Shown here one piece after another: positions 29,132 to 39,068 of a stretch of DNA of 64,000 bases. Source of the stretch: Eubacteriales bacterium. Lineage in GTDB: Bacteria; Bacillota; Clostridia; Oscillospirales; CAG-272. Within the stretch, counting starts at the first letter, position 1. Each line of letters starts with the position of its first letter. A model generated the notes under the pieces. The model saw only the letters and a program-made list of their open reading frames with translations, did not search any database and was not told the origin of the DNA. Both the position numbers and the translations under genes were made by a program. The DNA lies in assembly GCA_045643945.1 (NCBI GenBank), contig JAZRGA010000018.1:6774-70773 (forward strand), read 5' to 3'.

Positions 29132-31804
29132 ATGAAAAAAATATTATTTTTATTTTTAAGCATTTTACTTGCATTTTCACTATTCTCTTGCTCAGAGGAT
29201 GCACCAATTGAGGATGATAAGCAGGTTCCTATCTATGAGGGCATGACAATTTCATCCGCTATTAAAGTGGATACATTGAGCAAAGCCACTTATGCAAGGA
29301 CAAAAGCGCTCGCAAAGTCAACATCATCAATAAACTTAAACAAGAATTTTAAAGATATTGAAATAACATCTTCCAACTATTACGCCGACCTCGGTGAAGA
29401 TATATTTATTACCGTTCATATTAAAAATCCCGACAAATTTGAAATCTTGTCCTTTACTCTGAACGGAGAAAAATATTCAAGCTATATGTTTGAACGTGGC
29501 TCTAATATGGAAACAATTATCATTAAATGCAATGTCGGACGCAAAAGCGGAAAGCACAATTATACTATCGATGCAATAAAATACGTTGATAAAAGTGCTA
29601 TAAAAGACGTTGTTATCGGCGGAAATCAAACTATAACTGTTATCGTGTCCGAATATGAGCATGAGGCCAATTGCAAGCACGACAACGCAAGCAAAATCAC
29701 CGTGTTTGAGGCTATAACCCCCACATGCGAAATAGCAGGCTTGACAGAGGGCAAAAAGTGCGAAATGTGTAATACAGTTATCGTTGAGCAAGAGCCTTTG
29801 CCTGTGCTTGAATGTACCCCCGGTGATTGGATTATAGACAAAGCTGCAGCTCCAAACGAGGACGGCTTAAAGCATACCGAATGTACTGCTTGCGGTAAAG
29901 TGGTAAACAAAGAAATTATTAGCGCAATAGTTTCTCAAGGTCTTGACTATTTACCAAACCCCGACAAAAAAAGTTGCACGATAATCGGCATCGGCACTTG
30001 CACAGATTTAGATATAGTTATTCCCGAATATATTGAAGGATATAAAGTAACCGCAATAGGTGAGAACGCATTTAGGGATTGCAAATCAATTACAAGCATT
30101 GTAATTCCGCAATATGTTTCGGAAATCGGCACTCGCGCATTTATGAGTTGTGAGGCAATGAAATCCGCAACTCTCCCCGCAGCCCTCAAGGTAATAGGTG
30201 AGGAAGGCTTTTACCTGTGCTCATCGCTCAAAAATGTCTATTATGAGGGTGATGTCGAGGGCTGGTGCGCTATCGATTTTGTTACCGGCTGGAGCTCTCC
30301 CATAGGACACTCCTCTAATCTTTACTTTAGCGGTACGCTTGTTACAGATCTCGTAATACCCGATACCGTTACAAAAATCGATAATCACGCTTTCTTTGGA
30401 TGCAACTCTATTACAAGCGTTATAATTGGAAACGGCGTAACTGTGATTGGAGATCAAGCATTCTCGAGCTGCAGAAATCTTTCGCAACTCACATTAGGAA
30501 ATTCAGTAAAAATCATTGAGGATTGTGCATTTGAGGTAGCCCCTATCACAAGTATAGTAATTCCCGATTCGGTTGAATACATCGGTTGCGAAGCATTTTT
30601 CTACTGCAAATCCTTGAAAAATGTTATATTGGGAGATTCCGTAAGATACGTACACGTCGGAGCATTTTTGGACGCTCCGTTAATCGAATATAATACCTAT
30701 AATAATGGATTATATCTCGGAACAAAAAACAACCCCCATCACTTACTCGTTTCGGTTATAGACAAAACAGTATCAAGCTTTGAAATAAACGCAAATACAA
30801 AAGCCATTATAGGTGAAGCATTTTTCGGTTGCACACGCCTCACAAGCATAGCTATACCTAACGGTATTACCCATATTAGCTGGCATGCTTTTCAGGGTTG
30901 CAGTTCATTGATTAGCATAACCCTGCCCGAATCTCTTACGAGTATAGACGAAATGGCATTCTATAGCTGCAGCTCTCTTACAAATATAGTTATTCCCGAA
31001 GGAGTTACAAATATAGGAAATAGTGCGTTCAGCTATTGTTCATCTCTCCCAAGTATTAACATTCCTGCCTCGGTAACAAATATCGGCGATAATGCTTTTG
31101 CTAACTGCGGTTCGCTCACTGAAATAAATGTTGATGAAAATAATGAATATTATAAATCAATAAATGGAATCTTATGCTCGGCAGACGGTAAAACCTTAAT
31201 AAAGTACGCTTCAAAGGAAAACACTTCGACGTACACGATTCCCGACGGTATACTTTATATCGGCAAAAATGCATTTTCGGGACGCTCTGAGCTTGTCGAA
31301 ATAACAATTCCTAATAGCGTAATTTCCATAGGAAGTTATGCTTTTAGCGATTGCACCTCACTTAAAAGTATAGTAATTCCAAACACTATTACGCGCATAG
31401 AGGAATTTACGTTTGAGGGATGCACTTCTCTTACAAGTGTAATTATTCCAAGTAGCGTAATTTCTATAGGACGTTCTGCTTTTAGCGATTGCACCTCACT
31501 TAAAAGTATAGTAATTCCAAACACTATTACGCGCATAGAAGGATTTACGTTTGACGGATGCACTTCTCTTACAAGCGTAGTTATTCCAAGCTCGGTAACA
31601 TTTATCGGAGATCGAGCATTCATGGATTGCACCTCTCTTACAAGCATAGTAATTCCTAAATCCGTAGCAACCGTTGAGATTTGGGCGTTTAGAGATTGTA
31701 AATTGCTTACAATATATTGCGAGGCAAAATCTAAGCCTACTGCTTGGAGCAATCAATGGACTTACAATAATAAGTCAGTCATTTGGGGTTACGTTGTAAA
31801 ATAA
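29132..31804 (+). CDS. Surface lipoprotein with BspA-type leucine-rich repeats
   Basis: 890 aa. Signal peptide plus lipobox (LAFSLFSCSED), a Cys-rich segment, then more than 15 LRR_5-like units (e.g. IPxxVTxIGxxAFxxCxSLTSIxIP). Confidence 0.8.
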   Translation: MKKILFLFLSILLAFSLFSCSEDAPIEDDKQVPIYEGMTISSAIKVDTLSKATYARTKALAKSTSSINLNKNFKDIEITSSNYYADLGEDIFITVHIKNPDKFEILSFTLNGEKYSSYMFERGSNMETIIIKCNVGRKSGKHNYTIDAIKYVDKSAIKDVVIGGNQTITVIVSEYEHEANCKHDNASKITVFEAITPTCEIAGLTEGKKCEMCNTVIVEQEPLPVLECTPGDWIIDKAAAPNEDGLKHTECTACGKVVNKEIISAIVSQGLDYLPNPDKKSCTIIGIGTCTDLDIVIPEYIEGYKVTAIGENAFRDCKSITSIVIPQYVSEIGTRAFMSCEAMKSATLPAALKVIGEEGFYLCSSLKNVYYEGDVEGWCAIDFVTGWSSPIGHSSNLYFSGTLVTDLVIPDTVTKIDNHAFFGCNSITSVIIGNGVTVIGDQAFSSCRNLSQLTLGNSVKIIEDCAFEVAPITSIVIPDSVEYIGCEAFFYCKSLKNVILGDSVRYVHVGAFLDAPLIEYNTYNNGLYLGTKNNPHHLLVSVIDKTVSSFEINANTKAIIGEAFFGCTRLTSIAIPNGITHISWHAFQGCSSLISITLPESLTSIDEMAFYSCSSLTNIVIPEGVTNIGNSAFSYCSSLPSINIPASVTNIGDNAFANCGSLTEINVDENNEYYKSINGILCSADGKTLIKYASKENTSTYTIPDGILYIGKNAFSGRSELVEITIPNSVISIGSYAFSDCTSLKSIVIPNTITRIEEFTFEGCTSLTSVIIPSSVISIGRSAFSDCTSLKSIVIPNTITRIEGFTFDGCTSLTSVVIPSSVTFIGDRAFMDCTSLTSIVIPKSVATVEIWAFRDCKLLTIYCEAKSKPTAWSNQWTYNNKSVIWGYVVK
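31340..31615 (+). repeat. Recent 138-bp (46-aa, two-LRR) tandem duplication within the LRR lipoprotein gene
   Basis: gcttttagcgattgcacctcacttaaaagtatagtaattccaaacactattacgcgcataga begins at both 31340 and 31478. About 110 bp are nearly identical between the copies. Confidence 0.85.
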
Positions 31805-31840
31805 ATTTTTCAAGGAAAGAAGACAACAATAAGCAACAAA

Positions 31841-32599
31841 ATGGGCAAGCTAATTATCTTTAATTTATTTCTTATAGCCTTAATCGCGCTTGGGTTATGG
31901 CTCGTCAAAAAAAGCGTCAAGAAAGAGCGAACACGAAACGTCATTCTTATAGCCGCCGCGCTTTTTACTATCGTATTCCATTACAGCTCGTTTATTTTCA
32001 AGCTCTTATCGGGCGGAAATGCAATTGAATACTTAGGCGAAACCCCTAATTTAATTCTGCCTATATATCCTTGCAACGTAGTAATGTGGTCGGCTCTAAT
32101 CTTTGCTTTTATAAAGAACAAAAAATCAAGGGTCGCAGAGTTCTTCATCGATTATCTGTTTTGGTTTGGTATAGCTTCAACCCTTGTCGGTATGTTTGCA
32201 AACGTCGACTTTATAATGAATCCCACGCTTGCCGACTATGAGAATTTTAAGAGCATAACGGCACACGCAACGCTTCTATTTAATATTCTCTTGCTCCCCA
32301 TCTTCGGCTACATAAAAATCGACGTAAAACGAAACATTATAAACATAATCATCTCAATTTTTGTAATGGCGGCTATCGGTTGTTACTGCAACCTTGTTTT
32401 CCATGCACTCGTATCCGAAGCGGCGGCGTATGACGTCAATTCAATGTTCTTAATACACTCACCGTTTGAGGGGCTTTACTTCTTGACGTATCCTGTAATT
32501 TCTTTGATAGTAATACCAATTTATTTCGCAATATTCGTCATCTGCGATTTGTGCGCACATAAAAATGGTCAAAGATTTTATAATAAGGTAAAAAAATAA
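31841..32599 (+). CDS. Polytopic integral membrane protein, function unknown (possibly YwaF/TMEM164-like)
   Basis: 252 aa with about 7 hydrophobic segments and no soluble domain. Confidence 0.6.
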   Translation: MGKLIIFNLFLIALIALGLWLVKKSVKKERTRNVILIAAALFTIVFHYSSFIFKLLSGGNAIEYLGETPNLILPIYPCNVVMWSALIFAFIKNKKSRVAEFFIDYLFWFGIASTLVGMFANVDFIMNPTLADYENFKSITAHATLLFNILLLPIFGYIKIDVKRNIINIIISIFVMAAIGCYCNLVFHALVSEAAAYDVNSMFLIHSPFEGLYFLTYPVISLIVIPIYFAIFVICDLCAHKNGQRFYNKVKK

Positions 32600-32710
32600 T
32601 TTAAAGAAGCTTCAATCTACGGTATTTTCAACTACTATTAAAGCCGTCTTGAACAATCGCTAAAATAGAACAACATTTAGCTTATCGCTTCTATTTATTC
32701 TATATAAAAA

Positions 32711-32747
32711 AACGGGCTGTTTCAAATTTGCATTTGAGACAACCCGT
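32711..32747. terminator. Bidirectional rho-independent terminator
   Basis: AACGGGCTGTTTCAAAT / ATTTGAGACAACCCGTT imperfect stem. A-run on the left (T-run for the minus strand) and a T/A-rich tail on the right. Confidence 0.7.
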
Positions 32748-32822
32748 TTAATTATAATTTTATTATAAGCTTAATATGACATAATCAAATTTTTATTATT
32801 CAACCCTTTACATTCAGCGTTA

Positions 32823-32918
32823 TTACGTCGGTTGTGATTTGATTTCCGCAAAAGCTATCATAGGAGTAATGCAAAGCAACATTACAAGAAATAAAAGCAG
32901 CGATAATATTTTTTTCAT
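32823..32918 (-). CDS. Unannotated small ORF: 31-aa secreted pre-peptide (signal peptide plus 7-aa tail)
   Basis: Manual translation: MKKILSLLLFLVMLLCITPMIAFAEIKSQPT*. The ATG lies 17 nt after the stop of the 1017-aa gene and the ORF ends ~75 nt before the terminator at 32711-32747. The RBS (AAAGG) is weak. Confidence 0.35.
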   Translation of the reverse strand: MKKILSLLLFLVMLLCITPMIAFAEIKSQPT

Positions 32919-32935
32919 GCGTAAACCTTTTTTTC

Positions 32936-35900
32936 TTAATTATTCTTTTTTCTTCTCTTTCTCAATGTCAGTGCGCCCACTATGCACACAGCAGTGAGTA
33001 TTGGAGCATGAGCTGATGCTTTGCAACCTTTTTTCTTTTTTGGGGAGGCATCGCTCTCGGTATCGTCTAATTTGCTTTCAGTATCATCTGATTTGCTCTC
33101 GGAGCTATTGCTTTCGCTTTCCTTGTCCCCCCCATTGACATTATCGGTATTATCATCAGTAAAATCTTCGTTGCTTGATTCGCCGTCCTTGATGCTATCG
33201 TCATTTTCTTTATCATCCTCGTTCGACGGCTCTTCCCTCTCATTTTCGTTTGAATTGTCTGGATTTTCCGGTGTTGGTTTGGGCGTGGGAATTGGGTCTT
33301 GCGGTTGCTCTGATTCTTCCTCGAATATGATTTTACCGTCACCGAGCTTCCATTCCTCGATGTCGACCGTTATAAGTTTACTGCATTCCTCGTTCTCGTA
33401 ATAGTATCCGCAAGAGCATTTATAATAGTTCATCCATCCCGATTCGCTCTCGGTTGCCGATTTTCCTTGATATTCTGTTATCGAATGAGGTGCGGCGTTC
33501 TTAAAATAGCTTTCATTATCGTACGATATTGGGGTGTTGGCGTTATTTATGTTGTATATTCCCTCATAGCTCGGTCCGTTTTCGGTAAATTCAAGCAGAT
33601 TAGCGCTACCCGCGGGAGCAAACCAAAGATATTCTGATATCGACATAGCTTTTTTATTTGCTCTTATATGATAATTTGTTGTCTGGGCATCGAAGTAGCT
33701 TGCTTTTTTCGTTGACAGATTGGAAACAAAAACTCCCTTTGCCGCAGTAAGCTCATATACCTCTGCCTCTGTTCCTACGTTTGCGTGATGCGCAAGCTGA
33801 ACAACATCGCTCTTGAGATATCCACCGTATGAAGCGCAGAGATAGCGTCCCGCGTTTACCTGCGAGTCGCCGAGAAAGAGTAGACTGCTTGTCTTTTCAC
33901 CCTCTCGGAAATTGAAGCGTATAACTGTATTGGTGTCATTGGAGTTAGTAACCTTTATAGGCAGATGGTCCTCGACAGTCATAAGGACCTCAAGCTCGAC
34001 GTTCGCAAAATACAACTTTTGTCCGCTATGAGCCTTTATGTATTTACAGTCGTAAAGCTCCTTAAGAAAGTCTATGTTCTGCCTTTGGCTTGAAAAAGCT
34101 GCCGTTTGCCCGCCCTCATAGAGAGAAATAGTATACTCATCTATTCCGTTTGCAACAAGGTATTCAAGCTCTATATGCTCTGCGTATTTGCTTGACATAT
34201 AATAAAATTCATAAAAATGATCGCTATGCGCGTGAGTTACATACCAAGCGGCTATTTTTATTTTTTCGCCTGCCTGCCATTCCTTCCCATAAACCTTTTT
34301 ATAAGATGCCTTGAGCGCCGTCCAAAGAGCCTCACCCGAATGACCCTGCCCTGCATCAACTACAATAAATCTGCCATCCTTAAGAGCAACAATATAGCTC
34401 ATACCTGGGTGACTTACACCTACCGCCGTAACAAACGAGGTGTTGGTTATTTCGGTATAGCTTGGGCTTGGATTGCTTATATTATCGTCGGGAAGCGTGT
34501 TTGTCAAAAGAGGTGTCGTAACTATTCTTATACACTCGTTAAATTCAGTTCTGTAGCTATCGTTGATGTGACCGTACATTTTATCGGCATATTTGAAGCC
34601 GTTATACGCTACATATACCGAGAAGCCTGCCGATAAGCTTTTAAGAGTTGCGAATTTATTTTCCTCCACGGTATTACTCCAGACCTCAACAAATCCGTTG
34701 CTCTTGAGCATTGAGATATATGAGTCAAACGCAGATGAGTCGAGAGTACCGTTGTTGGCGTAATAAAGATATTGAAGTGAGTCATCGTTTACATACTGAG
34801 ATGCAACAAGCTTAAGACCGTCAGGTCTTGGAAAATCAAAGGTAAGGTTTGGAATCGCAGTGAAGATATGATTTCCGACGGGGAGTGACGGAGAGGGGCT
34901 TTTCAATAGCTTAAGAAACGCCTTTAGAGCAACGCTTAGCATCTTATCGTTTTGCGCTATTATGTAAACATCTCCGTCATTTTCAACTGTTATTGAATAT
35001 TCATCTGCGTCTATTTCCCTTACCCAAGAGTCTGCCTTTGAGTCGACTACTCCTACGAAAACGTAATTTACACGAAGGCTTGAGGAAAACGGATTCGGCT
35101 TTACGTTGGGTACGGCAACACCGCTTTGCGAGGTTGTTCCGCTGAGAATCATAGCTATCTGCCACGCTCCGTGGTATTCGTGACCTGCTTGAGTATATTT
35201 TCCCGTTGCCGTTGGAATCCCTATCGAGGTGAGATTTTCCGATATAAACGTGTCTGCTGGATAGCAGGTTTTATATGCGGATGTTATTGATTTTTTAGTT
35301 CCGCTCAAGGAATTAAAATAATCTGCAAGGGATCGGGTATAACTTCCGCCAACGCTTATAGGCTCTCCGTCGGCGTTGAGGATAAAGCCTGCAAGCTTAG
35401 CATTTTCCGTTGATGTAAAGCTTTCATTTACCGTAATTCTTGATTTATCCAGATTTGCGTTCAGTATATCGCAAACACCGTTTACCTCAAATTGAATATC
35501 GGTAAGATTTAAGACGCAAGAGTCAACCCATGCATTACTTCCCTGCGAGCCTCCGAAATTCAGAATGGCGTTGCCATCGGTAGTGTTGCCGAATTTACAG
35601 TTGGTAATATTCACTGTGAGATTGCTTGAATTATAGGCATAAATCGCGCCCGAGGCGTTTTCAAAAAAAAGCTCTGTATTCTTGAGAGCTACGGTGTAAG
35701 GCTTTCTTGAGCTGTATTCGCCTTGACCTACCGTAATAAGATTTTTTCCGTTACAGTTTTTAAAGCTTATATTCTCAAGTGTAAGAGAAGCACCACCAGT
35801 AAGCTTAAATACGGGGCTTGCCGAGGGAATTACCGTGACCGTTGATACTCCTTTAACCGTTATGCTCTTGCCCGATACGCTAACCGAGGAAAGAGAGCGT

Positions 35901-35989
35901 ATTTCTCTAAGAAGATAAACGGTACTTCCGTCGTCGGCATTTTTCACCGCTTCAGGTAGATTATCGTAATATTTAACCTCGCCCCCCAC
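32936..35989 (-). CDS. Large cell-surface protein: beta-helix-like N-terminal region, metallo-beta-lactamase-fold domain, acidic low-complexity stalk and C-terminal TM anchor. The 5' end is disrupted
   Basis: 1017 aa. MBL motif YVTHAHSDHF. D/E/S/N-rich region. C-terminal ILTAVCIVGALTLRKRRKKNN. The track start is a GTG with no signal peptide. A signal peptide is encoded upstream in another frame (36015..36110). Confidence 0.65.
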   Translation of the reverse strand: MGGEVKYYDNLPEAVKNADDGSTVYLLREIRSLSSVSVSGKSITVKGVSTVTVIPSASPVFKLTGGASLTLENISFKNCNGKNLITVGQGEYSSRKPYTVALKNTELFFENASGAIYAYNSSNLTVNITNCKFGNTTDGNAILNFGGSQGSNAWVDSCVLNLTDIQFEVNGVCDILNANLDKSRITVNESFTSTENAKLAGFILNADGEPISVGGSYTRSLADYFNSLSGTKKSITSAYKTCYPADTFISENLTSIGIPTATGKYTQAGHEYHGAWQIAMILSGTTSQSGVAVPNVKPNPFSSSLRVNYVFVGVVDSKADSWVREIDADEYSITVENDGDVYIIAQNDKMLSVALKAFLKLLKSPSPSLPVGNHIFTAIPNLTFDFPRPDGLKLVASQYVNDDSLQYLYYANNGTLDSSAFDSYISMLKSNGFVEVWSNTVEENKFATLKSLSAGFSVYVAYNGFKYADKMYGHINDSYRTEFNECIRIVTTPLLTNTLPDDNISNPSPSYTEITNTSFVTAVGVSHPGMSYIVALKDGRFIVVDAGQGHSGEALWTALKASYKKVYGKEWQAGEKIKIAAWYVTHAHSDHFYEFYYMSSKYAEHIELEYLVANGIDEYTISLYEGGQTAAFSSQRQNIDFLKELYDCKYIKAHSGQKLYFANVELEVLMTVEDHLPIKVTNSNDTNTVIRFNFREGEKTSSLLFLGDSQVNAGRYLCASYGGYLKSDVVQLAHHANVGTEAEVYELTAAKGVFVSNLSTKKASYFDAQTTNYHIRANKKAMSISEYLWFAPAGSANLLEFTENGPSYEGIYNINNANTPISYDNESYFKNAAPHSITEYQGKSATESESGWMNYYKCSCGYYYENEECSKLITVDIEEWKLGDGKIIFEEESEQPQDPIPTPKPTPENPDNSNENEREEPSNEDDKENDDSIKDGESSNEDFTDDNTDNVNGGDKESESNSSESKSDDTESKLDDTESDASPKKKKGCKASAHAPILTAVCIVGALTLRKRRKKNN

Positions 35990-36014
35990 CGTTGCGCAAG
36001 CAACTGCCGATGAG

Positions 36015-36110
36015 CTATCGATCTCGACGGCGAGAGAGTATAGGAGTAGCTAAAATCATAGATACGGTAAGTATAATTGCTATAACCGAGCGTATAAAAA
36101 CTAATTTCAT
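36015..36110 (-). pseudogene. Orphaned signal-peptide exon of the surface-protein gene, separated by a 1-nt frame difference
   Basis: Manual translation MKLVFIRSVIAIILTVSMILATPILSRRRDR*. The downstream gene's frame is open from 36049 and reads ..LAVEIDSSSAVACATVGGEVKYY. The frames meet in a ctctctc tract (plus-strand gagagag at ~36031-36037). Confidence 0.5.
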
Positions 36111-36344
36111 TAGCGGACATATCCTTTCCTTATAATTATAACGGTGAGCTTTAAAATTTTTCGCTCTTTTATTTTATTATAGCATAAGACCCTTGCAAAA
36201 TCAATACAGATACCGCATAATGGTTTTTCAATTATGTAATGTTACAATAGATGTGAGACCAAAATAAAAAAAGGTATAGAAAAAGTGATTGAGTCATGTT
36301 AAAATAATGTTACCCCTAACAAAACCTAACAGGAGGAAAAAAGA

Positions 36345-36527
36345 ATGAAGCAGTCAACATTTAAAAGCCGCGATGATATGCCTATGTTCCTTACCGTGAT
36401 GGACGTGGCAAATTTACTCGGCATCTCCCGTGCAAGTGCTTATGAGCTTGTGCGTGAGGACAACTTCCCGAAGCTGAAAATTGTTCAGGGACGTACTATT
36501 ATTCCTCGTGACCGACTCCTCGAATAG
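36345..36527 (+). CDS. Excisionase-family helix-turn-helix DNA-binding protein
   Basis: 60 aa. FLTVMDVANLLGISRASAYELVREDNFP is typical of Xis/MerR-like excisionase HTH. GGAGGA RBS. Confidence 0.7.
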   Translation: MKQSTFKSRDDMPMFLTVMDVANLLGISRASAYELVREDNFPKLKIVQGRTIIPRDRLLE

Positions 36528-36881
36528 CTCGACGAGCAGACGAGATATGACCAAATTTAGCGACTTAATCAGCGTGTAAATCTTGCCGTATTTTTTTGCA
36601 GGATAAAGCCGTGTCTAATCCACGGCACATCACATCGGACGGCAACACCGAGCGTTCAAGGAGTTTGCGACTTTTTTAGGCTTGCACAAAAAATTAAGCA
36701 ATAAAAGCATATTGCACAAGAAGCACTCAAACACCAAGAAATATAAAGATTTATCTTGCGCAAATCCCTCAATTGACATAAAATCTATGTCCTAATTGAT
36801 AATTCTTTGCAAAAATGCTGGATATTCTCTCGAACCTGTGGTATGGTTGTGGTAAAAAAAACAAATGAAAGGAGAAAAAAT

Positions 36882-37362
36882 ATGCCAAACAAACGCAGAC
36901 CGCAAGGCGACGGTACAATACGAAAAAGAACTGACGGACGTTGGGAAGGACGAATTGTTGTAGGTCACAAAAAAGACGGCTTGCCCATATATAAATCGGT
37001 GTTCGGTAAAACGCAAAAGGCAACTCTTAAAGAGCTTCACAAGCTAATAGACCTTTACCGTGACGTTGACCTAACCGAAAATTGCCGAATGACGCTCTGC
37101 GAATGGATGGACTTTTGGTATCAGACCTACTGTAAGCCCGGAATCCGACCTACCACGCAATTAGGATATGAGGATAGGATCTGCATGTTATTCCTTCAAT
37201 CGGCCATATTCCGTTAAACAAACTAACACAGACCGATCTGCAACAATTCTACGCAAAGTTAAAAACAAGCGGTCGTCTGATACGGCAAGAAGCATACGGA
37301 GAAGGTCTTTCCGACCGTATGATACGATCTTGTCACGCAAGCTGTCGGATCGGCTCTTGTAA
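36882..37362 (+). pseudogene. Tyrosine-type integrase, frameshifted and 3'-truncated (only the N-terminal SAM-like/core-binding part remains)
   Basis: MPNKRRPQGDGTIRKRTDGRWEGRI...TLCEWMDFWYQTY... stops at 37217. It continues in another frame as IPSIGHIPLNKLTQTDLQQFYAKLKTSGR...GLSDRMIRSCHA and ends at 37362, before any catalytic R..H-x-x-R..Y region. Confidence 0.7.
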
Positions 37363-37392
37363 TTAAGAAGAAAGAAGATTAAATAAAAAAAC

Positions 37393-37433
37393 ACCGCTTT
37401 ATTATCTCAAAAAGATAGTAAGGCGGTATTTTT
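37393..37433. terminator. Bidirectional terminator hairpin
   Basis: ACCGCTTTATTATC / GATAGTAAGGCGGT stem, A-run upstream, ATTTTT downstream. Confidence 0.6.
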
Positions 37434-37540
37434 AGGTAGAAACTCTTACAAATTTTAATTTTTTATGTAATTTTTAGTCGCATTTTTGCCATCTGTCATA
37501 CCTTTCGGTAAAAACAAATATTATTAAGCCATCTTAGATA

Positions 37541-38158
37541 TTATGCTTTCCAATTTTCACATTCCCACATAAGAGGACAGTATCCCACGGGCATAGCATT
37601 CCGCAGACGGTCTTCATAAGTAGAAATATCAGCAAAATTATCTGTTTTTGACCAAGCATTTGGCATAGGTTTAACCTTCAATTTCTTTTTTGCAATCTTC
37701 ATTATTACGCCATCTATCGGAATATACGCTATTTCAAATATGTGCAGTGTGCAATCGATATTATCTGCGGAAAGAATATATTTTATCGTCATTGACAACA
37801 GCTTCTGAGCATTACCGTATGTGTAGTCAGTTATTCCGTGATCTCTATATGATTTGCGTATTTTTTCACAGACATTTTCTGCCCAATTATTATAATCTTC
37901 AAAAGTGAAATCTTCTTTATGAAGAATACCAATTATTTCTTTCGACAAATATTTTTTCACTTCCTGTCGGGGAGCTTTGGTGGACTGGCCATTTTCAAGC
38001 TTTAATCCTCTTTGAACACTCGGTTGATGAGCTTTGTCAATAGCAAGGTTTATAGTCTCTTTTTCTGTTGCGCAACCCATGATAGAAAGATGCTTACTTT
38101 TTGTGCACCAGGTTTTTCTCCAATTTGAGATGATATCCAAATATTTTTCCGTATTCAT
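37541..38158 (-). CDS. Hypothetical protein (orphan cargo gene)
   Basis: 205-aa ORF in an AT-rich island. I recognise no motif. Confidence 0.5.
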   Translation of the reverse strand: MNTEKYLDIISNWRKTWCTKSKHLSIMGCATEKETINLAIDKAHQPSVQRGLKLENGQSTKAPRQEVKKYLSKEIIGILHKEDFTFEDYNNWAENVCEKIRKSYRDHGITDYTYGNAQKLLSMTIKYILSADNIDCTLHIFEIAYIPIDGVIMKIAKKKLKVKPMPNAWSKTDNFADISTYEDRLRNAMPVGYCPLMWECENWKA

Positions 38159-38213
38159 ATGTAATTCTCCTTTATATTTTGATTATCGAGTATCTGTCAA
38201 AAATTATCAACAC

Positions 38214-38528
38214 TTAACAAATTTCATCATTGTCAAGGAACAATACAAGGTTCTTCGGCTTTCTGCCATTTTTCTTTACATCCTCGTAAGCGGAATACAG
38301 AAAGGCTTCAAGCAATGCCGACCAAACGTCAGGCGCGTTTTCACACATATAGCGAAGCTCGTCACGGTGCAACGTGTAATCATTATTTTTAACCATATGG
38401 TCAAAAATAAAAACACAAGACGACCATTCTTCTTTAATTTGCTCACGGTAATAGTCCAGAGCAGGTTTATTGTACTTTGCGGGAAATGTACAACCAAAAC
38501 GTGCGGATACAACCTCATTGAGTTTCAT
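38214..38528 (-). CDS. Hypothetical protein (orphan cargo gene)
   Basis: 104-aa ORF, 55 nt upstream of 37541..38158 on the same strand. I recognise no motif. Confidence 0.45.
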   Translation of the reverse strand: MKLNEVVSARFGCTFPAKYNKPALDYYREQIKEEWSSCVFIFDHMVKNNDYTLHRDELRYMCENAPDVWSALLEAFLYSAYEDVKKNGRKPKNLVLFLDNDEIC

Positions 38529-39068
38529 ATTTTGTTACCTCCAAAACAATATAGAATATAAAATTAACCTAAGTATGTTCTTACATAATTTCATTATACT
38601 ATTTAAAATCAAAATCAAATTAAAAGAGAAGATAACAATAAATCCGCTCTCTAAAAATTGTGTATTAATTTATTGAAAATATTTTAACACATTTGATCCA
38701 AAAAATCTCCTGTTTGCTCGTAAACAATTTATTAATTTTGTAAACAATTCATTAATAAAATGAACAGAATATAAACAACATCGTGATTTTCAAATAATTA
38801 TTTAAAATACTTCATCCTATATCATTTTTCAATACAAATATTAATATTTTAATAGATATCCAATCGTAAGAAAGCTCTTCTATTTAAAACTAGTTAAATA
38901 TCCCTTGTATAAATTTATACTTTCAAACAAGGTGTGACGCAATAGAGTATATCCCAACGGCGATATAAGACAAATAAAATAAGAAAAAATAAAAGTAAAA
39001 AGTAAAAGTAACCACAAGCAAAAAGAAATCGAGTGTCCATAACTCAGATGTGTTATGAACACTCGATA

